This document shows positions 43,197 to 53,573 of a stretch of DNA of 64,000 nt, piece after piece. The notes beneath the pieces are model-generated. The model did not search any database, was not told the origin of the DNA, and saw only the letters and a program-made list of their open reading frames with translations. Origin of the DNA: Gammaproteobacteria bacterium (GTDB lineage Bacteria; Pseudomonadota; Gammaproteobacteria; Eutrophobiales; Eutrophobiaceae); assembly GCA_965221455.1 (NCBI GenBank), contig OZ244890.1:2025774-2089773 (forward strand). The letters run 5' to 3'. How positions within the stretch are numbered: the first letter of the stretch is position 1; each line of letters starts with the position of its first letter. Made by a program: the position numbers and the translations under genes.

Positions 43197-46100
43197 TTAA
43201 TTCAATAGCTTGAAAACATGATCCAATAAATTTTCTTCTGAGAATGGTTTGTTCAAGTAAACATTAACTCCTGACCTCTTTGCTTGTTCTCGATGCTTTT
43301 CAGTAGATGTTGATGTGACCATAATCACCGGAATATTTGCCGTCTCATGATTCGTGCGTACATAAGCGGTTAATTCCATGCCATTCATTCCCGGCATTTC
43401 CATGTCCACGAGCAGGATGTCGGGAATCTTTTTCTCGATTATTTTTATGGCTTCCAGGCCATTTTTGGCTGTCCTCAGATTACATCCGGCATCTTTGACA
43501 ACTTGACCAAGGGTAATGCGTGCACTTAGCGAATCATCTACGACTAAAGCGGTTGGCAGTGCCGGACGGAAGTCAACTTGTTCCAAATTATCATCGTCAG
43601 CCTTTTCTTTATTTCGTGCAGATGTACGTAACAACTCGGGGATATCAAGTACTGGAACAACGCTACCATCACCAAGAATCGTCGCGCCGGTGATGCCACG
43701 AATATTGCCCATATATTTTCCTATAGACTTGACGACCAATTCTTCGCTGCCTATTAATTCCTGGATATATACAATCTTGTGGATGTCTTCGTCGCGAACC
43801 AGCAAAGCAGGCCCGGTGATCCGTTCGTTCATGCGCCTATCGCCTGGAAAATCAATTAAAATTTCCAGATTAACCAATTCCAGAAGTTCATCGCCTATTT
43901 TGCACATCAATACGTTTTCAGAATCTACTATTCGGCTGTCAGAAAGATCCAGTATCTGCTCAATGCCTCTACCTGAAACAGCGAGCATCTTATTTCTGTG
44001 TCTTATTACCAGGATGCGTGTCGATATTAATGTGACAGGAATTTTCAACTCAATTAGACAACCTTTATCTTTTTCAGACTGGATGTGCAGAGTTCCCTGC
44101 CTGGCAAGAATTTGTGAATAGACGACATCCATACCGATACCTCGCCCTGATACTCGCGTGACTTTTTTGCTGGTGGAGAATCCTCGCCTCAATATCATGC
44201 GTTCGAGTTCCAATGGCGTAGGTTTTTCATGAGGTTCAATGAAGTTGCGGCTGATTGCTGTGGTATGAATTTCGTCATGATCCAATCCTGCACCATCGTC
44301 TTGACAACGTATAATAATTTCCGTCCCCGTGGATGAAAATGATAAATCAATCCTGCCTTCAGCATCTTTATTTTTATTTGTACGCTCGTCATAACCCTCT
44401 ATGCCATGATCAACAGAATTACGCAAAATATGAATTAACGGATCAATAAGGTCATGCAAAATATCACTATCTATCAATGTGTCAGTACCGCTTAAATGCA
44501 GGGTGGCCTGCTTACCAATAGTTCGACATGTTTGTCTGACACTTCTTTGCAATCCAGGTATAATGGTTCCAGCGGGAACCATGCGAATACCCATCACGAG
44601 TCTTTTGACTTCTTTGTGTAAACGTGATTGATCAACGGCGATTTCGTCCAATTCATGCAGTTCATGTTTAATTTTTTTATTTAATTCAGCAGAATCTGAA
44701 ATTGTTTCTGCCAGTCGATTCGTTGTTGTATACAGTTCGTTGTATTTATCTAACTCAAGAGACTCGAACACTTCATTTTGACTGACTGACTGTGATATCA
44801 CGGACGTTCGACATAATTCGATTTGTTGTTTAAGTTGATTGATCAATTGATGAGATGCCTGGTTTTGTTTGATTAATTCATCCTTTTCAATAAAGGAGTT
44901 CTTTATTTTCTTCTGTAATTGTGTGGTGACAGTGATGGTTTCACTTAGTACCTGGACAAGATCGTCGACAATTGCAGCTTCTACCCGTAAAGTGGAAATA
45001 GCTGGATTCTTATCATCATCAACTGTATCAATTTCTTGTTTTGTTGCCAGATTCCTTGCAACAAAGCCTGAATCAGCAGCCGAATCTTCATCAAAAATTC
45101 CAATGCCTTCGTTTTCAAGACGATTAATCCAGTTGAGGATATCCTGTAGTATCTTCAGTGCACTTTCTGGAGTTTTTCCATGCGTCGTGAGTGAGTGACT
45201 CATTTCATCGAGACAATCGGAAGCATTTATCAAAGATGATGCTAATAACCCGGAAGGCGGTCTATTGTGCTGACCTAAAAACTGTAATATATCTTCCAGC
45301 CGGTGTGCCAGCGTTGCAATGCCACGAATTCCAATGGTATCCGCAGTGCCTTTCATTGTATGTGCAATACGTTGAGCTTTCTCTATCTCTTTACTATCAC
45401 CATTGCTATGGATTAATGCGTGGATGACATTTGAGAATCTTTTAGTTTGAGAAGGTAATTCCTGTAACAGGCTATCAAGTAGATTCGCACTTATGTCAGT
45501 GGGTAATTTCAGTGAAATGTCTTCAGCAAAAGCCTTTGCCTGTCCGGGTTTCTTGCTATCTTCTGCAGAAGCGTAAGGAGCATTCAGTAAGTCGATGAGT
45601 GCATGCGTTTTTTCGGCGATAAGTGGTTCTATCCAGTCATCAGAACTTGATATATCGACGATTTTTTCGCCACTACCATCCTTGCCCAGCAAGGATAAAT
45701 ATTCTTTTACGGCTTTGGGCCAGAACCTGATTAAGTTATTCTGGTTTTGTGACGTAATTACACTGCCTTTTTCAATAAGGATTATGTTTTCAAGAATAAT
45801 TTCGTTTGCCTGGTACAGGCCGTCAAGCTCGCCATCCCGACATGCCTTACCAAACCTTTTAAAACGAACTGTCAGTTGTGAGAATGTATCAACTCTTAAT
45901 TTATCACTGACTGTCTCTGATATAATGCCTTCTATTACATCTTCAACATATTCTTCAATCCGTTGAATTTCTTCCATGAGCATGTCAATCAACATCGGAC
46001 TGACAGGATGAGCTTTATCCGCTGTATTGACTTCTTCCATTAAGTCACTAGCGGCACTATCTAAAACCGTGTTCTCCGGTTTGGACTCTTCATTGGTAAT

Positions 46101-46961
46101 CCTGTCAGTAACCTCAAATATTTCCTTAAGTACAGAGATATCCGACCTGGTAAGTGACGATGGCCAATGATGATCAACCAGGGCATTCATCATGGAAAGA
46201 ATCACAGTGTCGTCCGTAGGTGCATTTATATAACGATCAGCATCGTCTATCCATTCTGCCAGGGCAAGATACTGATCGTCTGACAGTTTCCTGCCGTCAT
46301 ATTCCAGATCTTGAAGATCCTGTTGCAAGAATAAACAAATGTCTTTAAATACAGGCAAGTTAGATTCAGATGCAATCATACCCAAGCGATCCAACTGTTT
46401 AATAATATTACCCAGTGCTGGATTGGTGTCAGACCGATAGTCTTTTAGTACCTGTCTCAGTTGTGCCGGAATATCTTCTAATTTTGGGTCTGATGTAACA
46501 ATTTTTCCAACTATTTCCGGCTTATTAATTTTTTCGTTCGTGGTGCTGCCGATAGAACTATCTAAAGGCACCAGCATCTCTTTCATAAAATTGGTATCAA
46601 TATCAGTTAATGGTGTCGGCCAACAGTCGGCTTTGAAGATTTTTAATATATTTTTTGCGCTATTATCATCAGGACGATTGATATAATCCCTGGTCAAGTC
46701 AACCCAGTAAGCAAGTTGTCGCTGTTGTGACGCCCTATAAACAGAATCATCATCAGGTATTTCGAGCAAAAAGCCCTGAAGCAAAAAACAGACGTTCTGG
46801 AAACCGGACATATTTTGTTTCCCCGCATATAGACCGGTCTCTTCCAGTTTTTCGGCAACAGATTCCAATGTCGTATGTACATCCTGCTTCTGGTAGTTTG
46901 CCACGAGTTCAGAAAGTTCTTCTATGTGTTGTATCAGTATGCGAGTAGATTCTGTGACCAC
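43197..46961 (-). CDS. Hybrid chemosensory histidine kinase (HPt - CheA dimerisation/HATPase - CheW - receiver), ChpA/PilL-like
   Basis: HPt HTMKGTADTIGI; HATPase GRGIGMDVV; CheW-like region; C-terminal REC (LVVDDS...DILLVDMEMPGMNG...NKPF). The N-terminal ~450 aa contain two related ~120-aa repeats. Confidence 0.85.
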   Translation of the reverse strand: MVTESTRILIQHIEELSELVANYQKQDVHTTLESVAEKLEETGLYAGKQNMSGFQNVCFLLQGFLLEIPDDDSVYRASQQRQLAYWVDLTRDYINRPDDNSAKNILKIFKADCWPTPLTDIDTNFMKEMLVPLDSSIGSTTNEKINKPEIVGKIVTSDPKLEDIPAQLRQVLKDYRSDTNPALGNIIKQLDRLGMIASESNLPVFKDICLFLQQDLQDLEYDGRKLSDDQYLALAEWIDDADRYINAPTDDTVILSMMNALVDHHWPSSLTRSDISVLKEIFEVTDRITNEESKPENTVLDSAASDLMEEVNTADKAHPVSPMLIDMLMEEIQRIEEYVEDVIEGIISETVSDKLRVDTFSQLTVRFKRFGKACRDGELDGLYQANEIILENIILIEKGSVITSQNQNNLIRFWPKAVKEYLSLLGKDGSGEKIVDISSSDDWIEPLIAEKTHALIDLLNAPYASAEDSKKPGQAKAFAEDISLKLPTDISANLLDSLLQELPSQTKRFSNVIHALIHSNGDSKEIEKAQRIAHTMKGTADTIGIRGIATLAHRLEDILQFLGQHNRPPSGLLASSLINASDCLDEMSHSLTTHGKTPESALKILQDILNWINRLENEGIGIFDEDSAADSGFVARNLATKQEIDTVDDDKNPAISTLRVEAAIVDDLVQVLSETITVTTQLQKKIKNSFIEKDELIKQNQASHQLINQLKQQIELCRTSVISQSVSQNEVFESLELDKYNELYTTTNRLAETISDSAELNKKIKHELHELDEIAVDQSRLHKEVKRLVMGIRMVPAGTIIPGLQRSVRQTCRTIGKQATLHLSGTDTLIDSDILHDLIDPLIHILRNSVDHGIEGYDERTNKNKDAEGRIDLSFSSTGTEIIIRCQDDGAGLDHDEIHTTAISRNFIEPHEKPTPLELERMILRRGFSTSKKVTRVSGRGIGMDVVYSQILARQGTLHIQSEKDKGCLIELKIPVTLISTRILVIRHRNKMLAVSGRGIEQILDLSDSRIVDSENVLMCKIGDELLELVNLEILIDFPGDRRMNERITGPALLVRDEDIHKIVYIQELIGSEELVVKSIGKYMGNIRGITGATILGDGSVVPVLDIPELLRTSARNKEKADDDNLEQVDFRPALPTALVVDDSLSARITLGQVVKDAGCNLRTAKNGLEAIKIIEKKIPDILLVDMEMPGMNGMELTAYVRTNHETANIPVIMVTSTSTEKHREQAKRSGVNVYLNKPFSEENLLDHVFKLLN

Positions 46962-47020
46962 TGATTGCTTACCTGAATTTGGAATACGGTATTGAAAGAT
47001 TTTATGGATAAAAACCGAAG

Positions 47021-48529
47021 TTATTCAATTAATTTAATATCCATATCCATATCCAGTGTCACTGTTTTCTCATTTGCCATGGAATTAGTTACAGTTCTGC
47101 CGGCACCCGCATCTATATTCATACGAGGATTCAGTGTAATGCCCGGGTTTTCTTCATCAATAATTTTTGCGTGTACTTCCTTAAGTGTAAAGCCTGAGAC
47201 TGCATTCACGAGTGATAGGGCTTGTTGTGCCAGTCGGGTTATATGAACCGTTTGTTCTCGTAAATAATCTGCTGTCGTGTTGATGTTATTTCGGACAATA
47301 TCAACACGTTCGCATAATTTACCGGCATGTCGATTTTGCATGGAGGTGCCCTGCACAATTTTTTGTATCATATCGACGATGTAGTCCGTCGTCGTTTGAG
47401 TGGCATGTATCTCATTATCTGCTTGTGTTGCAAGTCTATTTCCCTCAACCGTTTGACCATTGAGTTCATTTATGATGTCTACGATACCGGCTGTTTCCAA
47501 TTGTATATTGTTGATTATTGTTTTTATTTCAGAGCTTGCTTCACGAGAACTTTCAGCCAATCGCTGAACTTCATCCGCCATAACGGAAAAATTACGACCT
47601 GCTCCACCTGCGGATGCAGCATGCATACCTGCATTTAATGCAAGTATGTGCGTTCGTTCAGAGATATCATTGACCAAATTCACCGCAGAGTTAATTTCTT
47701 GAGAATACTCACCAAGTCGTTCAATACGTTTCTCGGTTTCACGAATGATATCCCTGATTTTGTTAATGCCAGTGATGGTATTTGTTACTGTGTTCCTGGC
47801 TGCTTTGGTCGATTTACTCGCGTTATCGGCCGCAGTATTGGAATGTTCGGCGAGCTTATTAATTTTAGCCATGATATCTGACGTTGATGCCAATTCCGTT
47901 ACTATGGCCTTTACGATATTCATTTCATTTTCAGCCAGTAGTATCACGTCATCGGATTGTGCTTTTACGAAATTAGACGTTTCTGAAATTTCCTCTGAAA
48001 TATTTATCACTTCAGTTAAAACTCTGGAGGTTTCAGAAGACATGATGTTAAGTGCATCTGCAATCGGACCGGTTAAGTCCTCGCTGACTACAGCTGTAAC
48101 GGTGAGATTTTTTTTAGCGAGTTGAGTGACGGTCTCAAGTAATTTCAGGATAGAATTATTCAATGTTTCATTTTTGTTTTCGATGGCTGTTATGGCAACC
48201 ATATGATCGTCAAGTATTTTGTTGATGGATCCGCTGATGTCACCTGGTTCATCATCATTTTCAATGTCAATACGTGCTTTTACATCTCCTTCAACTACGT
48301 TTTTCAACACTTCATCAATATGTAGAAATAGTGCGTTATTCTGTTTGACGAAGATGCGGGTAAATATCATGCTTAAGATGATAACCAGAAAAAGTCCAGC
48401 TAGAGATAGATTGCTAATCGATTCAACTTCTGCTGTGCAGGCAAAGAGTGCAAACGAGGCCACGAATAACAGGCTATTTAATATCATTAATGAGATGATT
48501 CGATTTTTTGATTTCATATTGATTAACAT
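47021..48529 (-). CDS. Methyl-accepting chemotaxis protein with two closely spaced N-terminal TM helices (minimal periplasmic loop)
   Basis: Highly conserved MCP signalling hairpin (ERTHILALNAGMHAASAGGAGRNFSVMADEVQRLAE). Confidence 0.85.
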   Translation of the reverse strand: MLINMKSKNRIISLMILNSLLFVASFALFACTAEVESISNLSLAGLFLVIILSMIFTRIFVKQNNALFLHIDEVLKNVVEGDVKARIDIENDDEPGDISGSINKILDDHMVAITAIENKNETLNNSILKLLETVTQLAKKNLTVTAVVSEDLTGPIADALNIMSSETSRVLTEVINISEEISETSNFVKAQSDDVILLAENEMNIVKAIVTELASTSDIMAKINKLAEHSNTAADNASKSTKAARNTVTNTITGINKIRDIIRETEKRIERLGEYSQEINSAVNLVNDISERTHILALNAGMHAASAGGAGRNFSVMADEVQRLAESSREASSEIKTIINNIQLETAGIVDIINELNGQTVEGNRLATQADNEIHATQTTTDYIVDMIQKIVQGTSMQNRHAGKLCERVDIVRNNINTTADYLREQTVHITRLAQQALSLVNAVSGFTLKEVHAKIIDEENPGITLNPRMNIDAGAGRTVTNSMANEKTVTLDMDMDIKLIE

Positions 48530-48586
48530 TCTGTACGCTCGTCTATAATCCCCGTTTTAAGCCGGGTTATATTACTAAACATGTTA

Positions 48587-49129
48587 TTACTTTTCGCAAT
48601 TTATATTGCCGAGAACTTTATGAATATCAATCTCTAACCAAATTTCATCAGCAATATCATAGGCCGTATTGATACACTCTGAAAATATTTCCGGAGTCCC
48701 CGGGGGCAGTGGTATTTTGCAGACTTTTTTTTCGTTAATTTCCACCGTGATCGGTAACGTATGAATTAACAGTCCAACCGCGTTATTTCCTTTGCCGATT
48801 ACAAATACGAGATTGCTTACCGCCCCAGTTGTCTTGTTGTCGGTTAAAAATTCACCAATTTGAAAAACCGGTATGATGTTACCACGGAGATTTATCATTC
48901 CACTCATCCATGAAGGCATATTAGGGATTGGATAGATAGTTGATTTGGTGGTTACTTCACACAGGACTGTTTTACCAAAAAGTAAATTCTGCTGACAAAT
49001 ATTAACACCATATCGGGTGTGTCTAATTTGATCGTTCTGTACGATATCAATGTCTTGAAACGGATCAAAATGATCGGTTTGTGAATTGAATTTTATCCAG
49101 TCCGGTCTGATGTTATGCTCGTCGCGCAT
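48587..49129 (-). CDS. CheW-like coupling protein
   Basis: CheW domain (MSGMINLRGNIIPVFQIGEFL). Confidence 0.8.
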   Translation of the reverse strand: MRDEHNIRPDWIKFNSQTDHFDPFQDIDIVQNDQIRHTRYGVNICQQNLLFGKTVLCEVTTKSTIYPIPNMPSWMSGMINLRGNIIPVFQIGEFLTDNKTTGAVSNLVFVIGKGNNAVGLLIHTLPITVEINEKKVCKIPLPPGTPEIFSECINTAYDIADEIWLEIDIHKVLGNINCEK

Positions 49130-49137
49130 AAAAATTA

Positions 49138-49380
49138 TTATAAAGTTAATACAATAAATTCAGATTGAATGTTCATGTGCATATCAGAATAGTCATAAGT
49201 TTTAAGTCGATCCATAATGCGTTCTGCCGCGCGGGATTCACAGACAGGATTCCGATTTCCTGTATGTTTATATTGATATGAGTTTCTTTCTTGATATTTG
49301 TTGTCTGGAGAAATCAACAAGGTTTTCGCTTTTATAACGACTTCTCTACCATTATCAGTTTTGATTATTTCACATCGCAA
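49138..49380 (-). CDS. Small hypothetical protein (80 aa) between the cNMP-binding gene and cheW
   Basis: ORF 8 nt upstream of the cheW start; no recognised family. Confidence 0.35.
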   Translation of the reverse strand: MRCEIIKTDNGREVVIKAKTLLISPDNKYQERNSYQYKHTGNRNPVCESRAAERIMDRLKTYDYSDMHMNIQSEFIVLTL

Positions 49381-49485
49381 GAGTCCTCAAAATATTTTTA
49401 AGGTTTAAAATTCAGTCGGTAAATCATCGACGATCAGAATATCTTGACTGGATATCAGTATACAGTACGGCTATGCAGCGAATTA

Positions 49486-50127
49486 TCATTCAAAACTGTT
49501 GCTTTTGGAAACGAGTTCCTGCATTTCTTTTTTTCGTTGCGTAATGACGGCGGCAAAGGCGAGGGCAACGCGAGGGACATTTTCAAAATAATCCGTCAAA
49601 TCTTCATACTGAGCCTGTAACAATTGTGTCGCTTCCAAAGTACGTACGCAAGCACTTCTGACACCGCCGGCAAAATATCCTATCTCGCCGATGGCTTCCC
49701 CCGGACCAACTTTTGCAATCAGGGTTTCATTGCCGGCATTGTTCAGATGAAATACTTCCACAAGGCCGCGTGCAATGATAAACAAGGAAGGATCCTCTTC
49801 GCCCTGCACAATAAAAGTATCGTTGGTCGGCCGACTGATTTCCGTAAAAACCTTGCTTAGTGCTGCCAGTTCTGTTGTTGATAATGTTGCGAATATAGGA
49901 CATGCAGCAAGTCTGGTAATACGCTGTCTTCTTATACTGCTATCAAGCTCTTCCTGAGTTATAATTTTTTGTTCTACAAGAATTTCCCCGATACGTTTGT
50001 TTTCGTTGGTACCAGTAAATGCAGAATTTATTTGCTTCTCGACGGCGTTATTGATGGCACCTTCGGAAACAAGCATGTATTCCCCAATCTTGTACTTATC
50101 TTTACTGTCCAGGTCATCTGTAGACAA
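49486..50127 (-). CDS. Two-domain signalling protein: N-terminal MshEN-like (T2SSE_N-type, predicted c-di-GMP-binding) domain + C-terminal cyclic-nucleotide-binding (CAP-effector) domain
   Basis: Tandem MshEN motifs KIGEYMLVSEGAINNAVEKQ and RIGEILVEQKIITQEELDSSIRRQ. cNMP-binding beta-roll (FIIARGLVEVF...VGPGEAIGEIGYFAGGVRSACVRTLEA). Confidence 0.7.
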   Translation of the reverse strand: MSTDDLDSKDKYKIGEYMLVSEGAINNAVEKQINSAFTGTNENKRIGEILVEQKIITQEELDSSIRRQRITRLAACPIFATLSTTELAALSKVFTEISRPTNDTFIVQGEEDPSLFIIARGLVEVFHLNNAGNETLIAKVGPGEAIGEIGYFAGGVRSACVRTLEATQLLQAQYEDLTDYFENVPRVALAFAAVITQRKKEMQELVSKSNSFE

Positions 50128-50327
50128 AGTACTCTCCCTATGGAATTAAATTTTTACAGGCTAAAGTTTAGTTGAAACTAATGGACAGATACAATGTTTT
50201 GCAGAAGTGAATGGCGTAATATCAAATAAATCTGATGATTTTTTTATTTCCTTGAATCTCTTTAATATTCGGCTTTCGTTGATCGCCGGGTATAAAACAA
50301 ACGCGACACTGTCAGCATAGCGTTGTT

Positions 50328-51062
50328 TTAAATGAGGGTTACAAATGCCTTGGTTAACATCAACACGCCGCTAATGCTCATTAGCGCCATTGTATAGTGC
50401 TTGAAGCGTTGCATTTTTATATGTAGTAAATGATTCCGCGCAATATAAACGCCGAGAATACCACCTGTGCCGAGTAGTACTCCATAGATCCCCGTCTGCC
50501 AGGTGAGTGCGCCGAAGATTGTGTAAGTTGTCAGTTTACTTAATTGCATGATCAGTGAGTTGAGAGATTTCGTGGCAACAAGTTGTTCTTTCCCCAGATC
50601 ATAACTGAGCATAAAAGGGTTAAGTACGGGACCTGTTGCACCCACTAAGCCGGATAGAAATGAAACCATGGTGCCGAGGGGAAAAAACCATCGGAGTCGC
50701 ATATGAATTTGTAATTTTGTTTTGGAAAATTGATATTGAAATACATAGGAAATCAGGAAAATTCCAATGATTATTTGAATTAGCTCAACATTAATTTGGG
50801 TAAATAACCATGCTCCCAAAATGGCACCCAATATGCTACCGGAGGTGAGCCGCTGAATGACTTTCCAATCGATATATTGATAGAAGAAAAAAACCCGGGA
50901 GGGGTTAGCGCAGAGGGATGCAACTGAAATAACAGGTGGCACAAGTTGCGCCCCTAACAGAAAGCCGATGACAGGAACAAGCAGTGTTGCGCCGCCTCCA
51001 GCTGCTGCGGTACTGATTGTCCATGCCACAAGCCCGGATAAGAATAAAAACAGGTAAATCAT
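50328..51062 (-). CDS. TSUP-family (TauE/SafE) membrane transporter
   Basis: Two-repeat 4+4 TM organisation with G-rich motifs (AAAGGGATLLVPV; GLVGATGPVLNPF). Confidence 0.8.
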   Translation of the reverse strand: MIYLFLFLSGLVAWTISTAAAGGGATLLVPVIGFLLGAQLVPPVISVASLCANPSRVFFFYQYIDWKVIQRLTSGSILGAILGAWLFTQINVELIQIIIGIFLISYVFQYQFSKTKLQIHMRLRWFFPLGTMVSFLSGLVGATGPVLNPFMLSYDLGKEQLVATKSLNSLIMQLSKLTTYTIFGALTWQTGIYGVLLGTGGILGVYIARNHLLHIKMQRFKHYTMALMSISGVLMLTKAFVTLI

Positions 51063-51181
51063 ACCGTCATATTCAGCCAGTCATCGAAATAGCGCAACAA
51101 AAACATAAAATCAGACTCTGATGACATACCTGGTGCCATTATAATGTGATTAATATCGTTTGTTTTATCTGGAGTATGTCA

Positions 51182-51811
51182 ATGTTCGTTCTTGGAAAGA
51201 AATCAGAATTGCCTGCTCCCGGCGAGGCTTTGTCGGGTCGTCAGGAAAAAATGTCCGTTGTAAATCGACATTTCATTAAAAATACACCCCTGCAAGAACC
51301 CTTCCCGGAAGGGATGGAGAAGGCTATGTTCGGCTTGGGATGTTTTTGGGGAGCCGAGCGGAAGTTCTGGGAGATTGAAGGCGTGTACTCGACGGCAGTG
51401 GGTTTTGCCGCTGGCGATACACCCAATCCAACCTATCAGGAACTTTGTACAGGGATGACCGGGCATAATGAGGTCGTGCGAGTCGTTTACGATCCGAATA
51501 AAATAAGTTATGAGAACTTGTTAAAGGTCTTTTGGGAATCACATAACCCGACGCAAGGGATGCGGCAGGGCAACGATGTCGGAACACAATACCGTTCAGG
51601 TATTTATGCCTATGGCAACAGGCAAATGGAAGCTGCTAAAGATTCAGCGGAGAAATATCAAGAGGCGTTAACCAATGCCGGGTATGAGACAATGACAACG
51701 GAAATTATATTCGCCCCGGAATTCTTTTATGCAGAGAATGAACACCAGCAATATTTGGCAAAAAATCCAGCAGGATATTGCGGCTTGGGCGGCACAGGTA
51801 TCCGCTACTGA
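51182..51811 (+). CDS. msrA: Peptide methionine sulfoxide reductase MsrA
   Basis: GLGCFWGAE active site and C-terminal resolving Cys region. ATG at 51182, 7 nt after GGAG. Confidence 0.9.
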   Translation: MFVLGKKSELPAPGEALSGRQEKMSVVNRHFIKNTPLQEPFPEGMEKAMFGLGCFWGAERKFWEIEGVYSTAVGFAAGDTPNPTYQELCTGMTGHNEVVRVVYDPNKISYENLLKVFWESHNPTQGMRQGNDVGTQYRSGIYAYGNRQMEAAKDSAEKYQEALTNAGYETMTTEIIFAPEFFYAENEHQQYLAKNPAGYCGLGGTGIRY

Positions 51812-52017
51812 ATGTTGCAATACATCCTTGTATTTCCGTGTGGCTGTCCAGTATTTATCCAGGATTTTTCTGCTGGAGGTTTTTGTCCTCGGATGCTGTT
51901 TTCCTTTTCTTCAATGATTCTTTCTTGTCAGTTGTGTGTGGATAGATCGGCATTACGCCACCTGCCGGGGTCCTTATATATTTATATCTTACTTTATTCA
52001 TAGTTGTCACCATTGTG

Positions 52018-52521
52018 TTATCCCGCAGAAGGGAAAATTGCTGCATATTTACCGATCCATTCTTCAGCGACATGTTCATCATTGACGAATGGGCCATCTT
52101 GCTGTCTTTTCGTTTTGAGATAGGTTTCTATATGACAAATTTGCTCAACAACACGTGCCCGATGTACATCGTCTTGTGTCAGCCACATACCAATCTCGAA
52201 GTGATCTTCCATATTTCTGACCAGCACAATTTTGCCGCGAAAGCTTTGCGTCTCGCCTTTGAGTGGAATCGAAATTTCAATCCTGGTTCCAGGTTTGAAG
52301 TATTTTTCAGATCTGAAGCATAAACCAATGGTTCGTCCTTTCTCGTCGGAACGAGTTTTTTCCCTACCAAGCCAGACTTTTTTACAACTTAGAGGAAATG
52401 TCGGCGGATGATGCATAAAACCCGACAGTAGACCATCGTCAATGGTGACCGAATATTGTCTTTCGTGCAGCGGATTGTTTCGACCATCCCCGTAAACTCC
52501 CGGATGTGCATGAGCCATCAT
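52018..52521 (-). CDS. Hypothetical protein (167 aa), possibly a degenerate PilZ-like beta-barrel
   Basis: RxxxR-like (GREKTR) and a downstream beta-rich segment; the canonical DxSxxG is absent. Confidence 0.4.
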   Translation of the reverse strand: MMAHAHPGVYGDGRNNPLHERQYSVTIDDGLLSGFMHHPPTFPLSCKKVWLGREKTRSDEKGRTIGLCFRSEKYFKPGTRIEISIPLKGETQSFRGKIVLVRNMEDHFEIGMWLTQDDVHRARVVEQICHIETYLKTKRQQDGPFVNDEHVAEEWIGKYAAIFPSAG

Positions 52522-52865
52522 AAAAAACCTCCATCAACTAGATCATTTTCAGCTTGTGTATGTTATTTATAGCCCATCGGAAATAATAAATCAAGTAAAT
52601 AACTATAAATTACTGATAGTTATAGCTAGTACCTAAATTAATTATTATAAATGTTACATAACTATACTCACTGAATACTTTGAATTATATAAATTTATGC
52701 CAACTATCCATATATTCCGTATGCCAGACGGGAATAAATATAACGATTGAAATCAATAGGATATGGATTATCATTATGCCCCTATGACAGCATCACATAC
52801 ACGCAAGCTGTGCGCTTCAATGCTGTCCATTCCCGTGGAAAATTAGAATATTTAGGCTGATATCA

Positions 52866-53336
52866 ATGAAATACGTATTACTCCTTGTTTTTGTGCTGAT
52901 CTTGGGTACGGCGGCGTTTGTTTTAGGCTGGCTTGGAGGGGAACAGCCGGTTGAGCGTGTGACCGCTCCCGTGCCTGAAATTGAACCTGAGGCGGAGTAT
53001 GCGAGTGAACTTATGGACGAAGCGTCTGCTGCGGAAGAGGCAAATTATACAGCGATCACGGTAGAGTATAAAAAACTGGAAAAGGCGAGAAGAAATCTGG
53101 ACAGAAGATTAGCACACATGAAAGCAGTCATGTGGAACGTGGAATTACCCGCCGAACAAGCAGGGGAAATAGTCGGCAAGATCAGAAAAGCCTATGAGTT
53201 GTTGAAAACAAAAAAACTTTTGGGGGCGTTTTCCGGCCTGCAAAGTGTTAGCGATGAACTGGCGCGTGTCGAATTTTCCTATCAAAATCTGGAAGGTGTG
53301 GAAGAAGAAATCAAGGCAGCTAAAGCGCAGCCCTAA
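52866..53336 (+). CDS. Hypothetical N-terminally membrane-anchored protein (156 aa), coiled-coil-rich
   Basis: N-terminal TM/signal anchor MKYVLLLVFVLILGTAAFVLGWL; no recognised family. Confidence 0.5.
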   Translation: MKYVLLLVFVLILGTAAFVLGWLGGEQPVERVTAPVPEIEPEAEYASELMDEASAAEEANYTAITVEYKKLEKARRNLDRRLAHMKAVMWNVELPAEQAGEIVGKIRKAYELLKTKKLLGAFSGLQSVSDELARVEFSYQNLEGVEEEIKAAKAQP

Positions 53337-53573
53337 CTAAAAAAATATGTCACTGTCCGCCATCGTCTCTCTCCCGGTCCATGATCGCGGCGTTTTTTGG
53401 TGCCCGCCTTGTAGCTGTAGCGGGTTTGGCGGTGCGCCCAACGTTCCTGGTGTTTGCCGCTCGCGCCGGACGGTGTATTGACCAAGTTGTTTATGTGAAT
53501 TGAAATCGCCTCATCAAGATTAGTGGACTGGGGCCTCTGCCGGTAGTAGGGCGATACTAGCGTAGGGTGACTC

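Noticed and set aside
43516-48548. Numerous plus-strand ORFs (e.g. 43516..44121, 44869..45198, 47745..48125, 48219..48548) inside the cheA-hybrid and MCP genes
   Set aside because: All are antisense to long, motif-rich minus-strand genes, and their compositions (Ser/Ile-rich) are typical of shadow frames.
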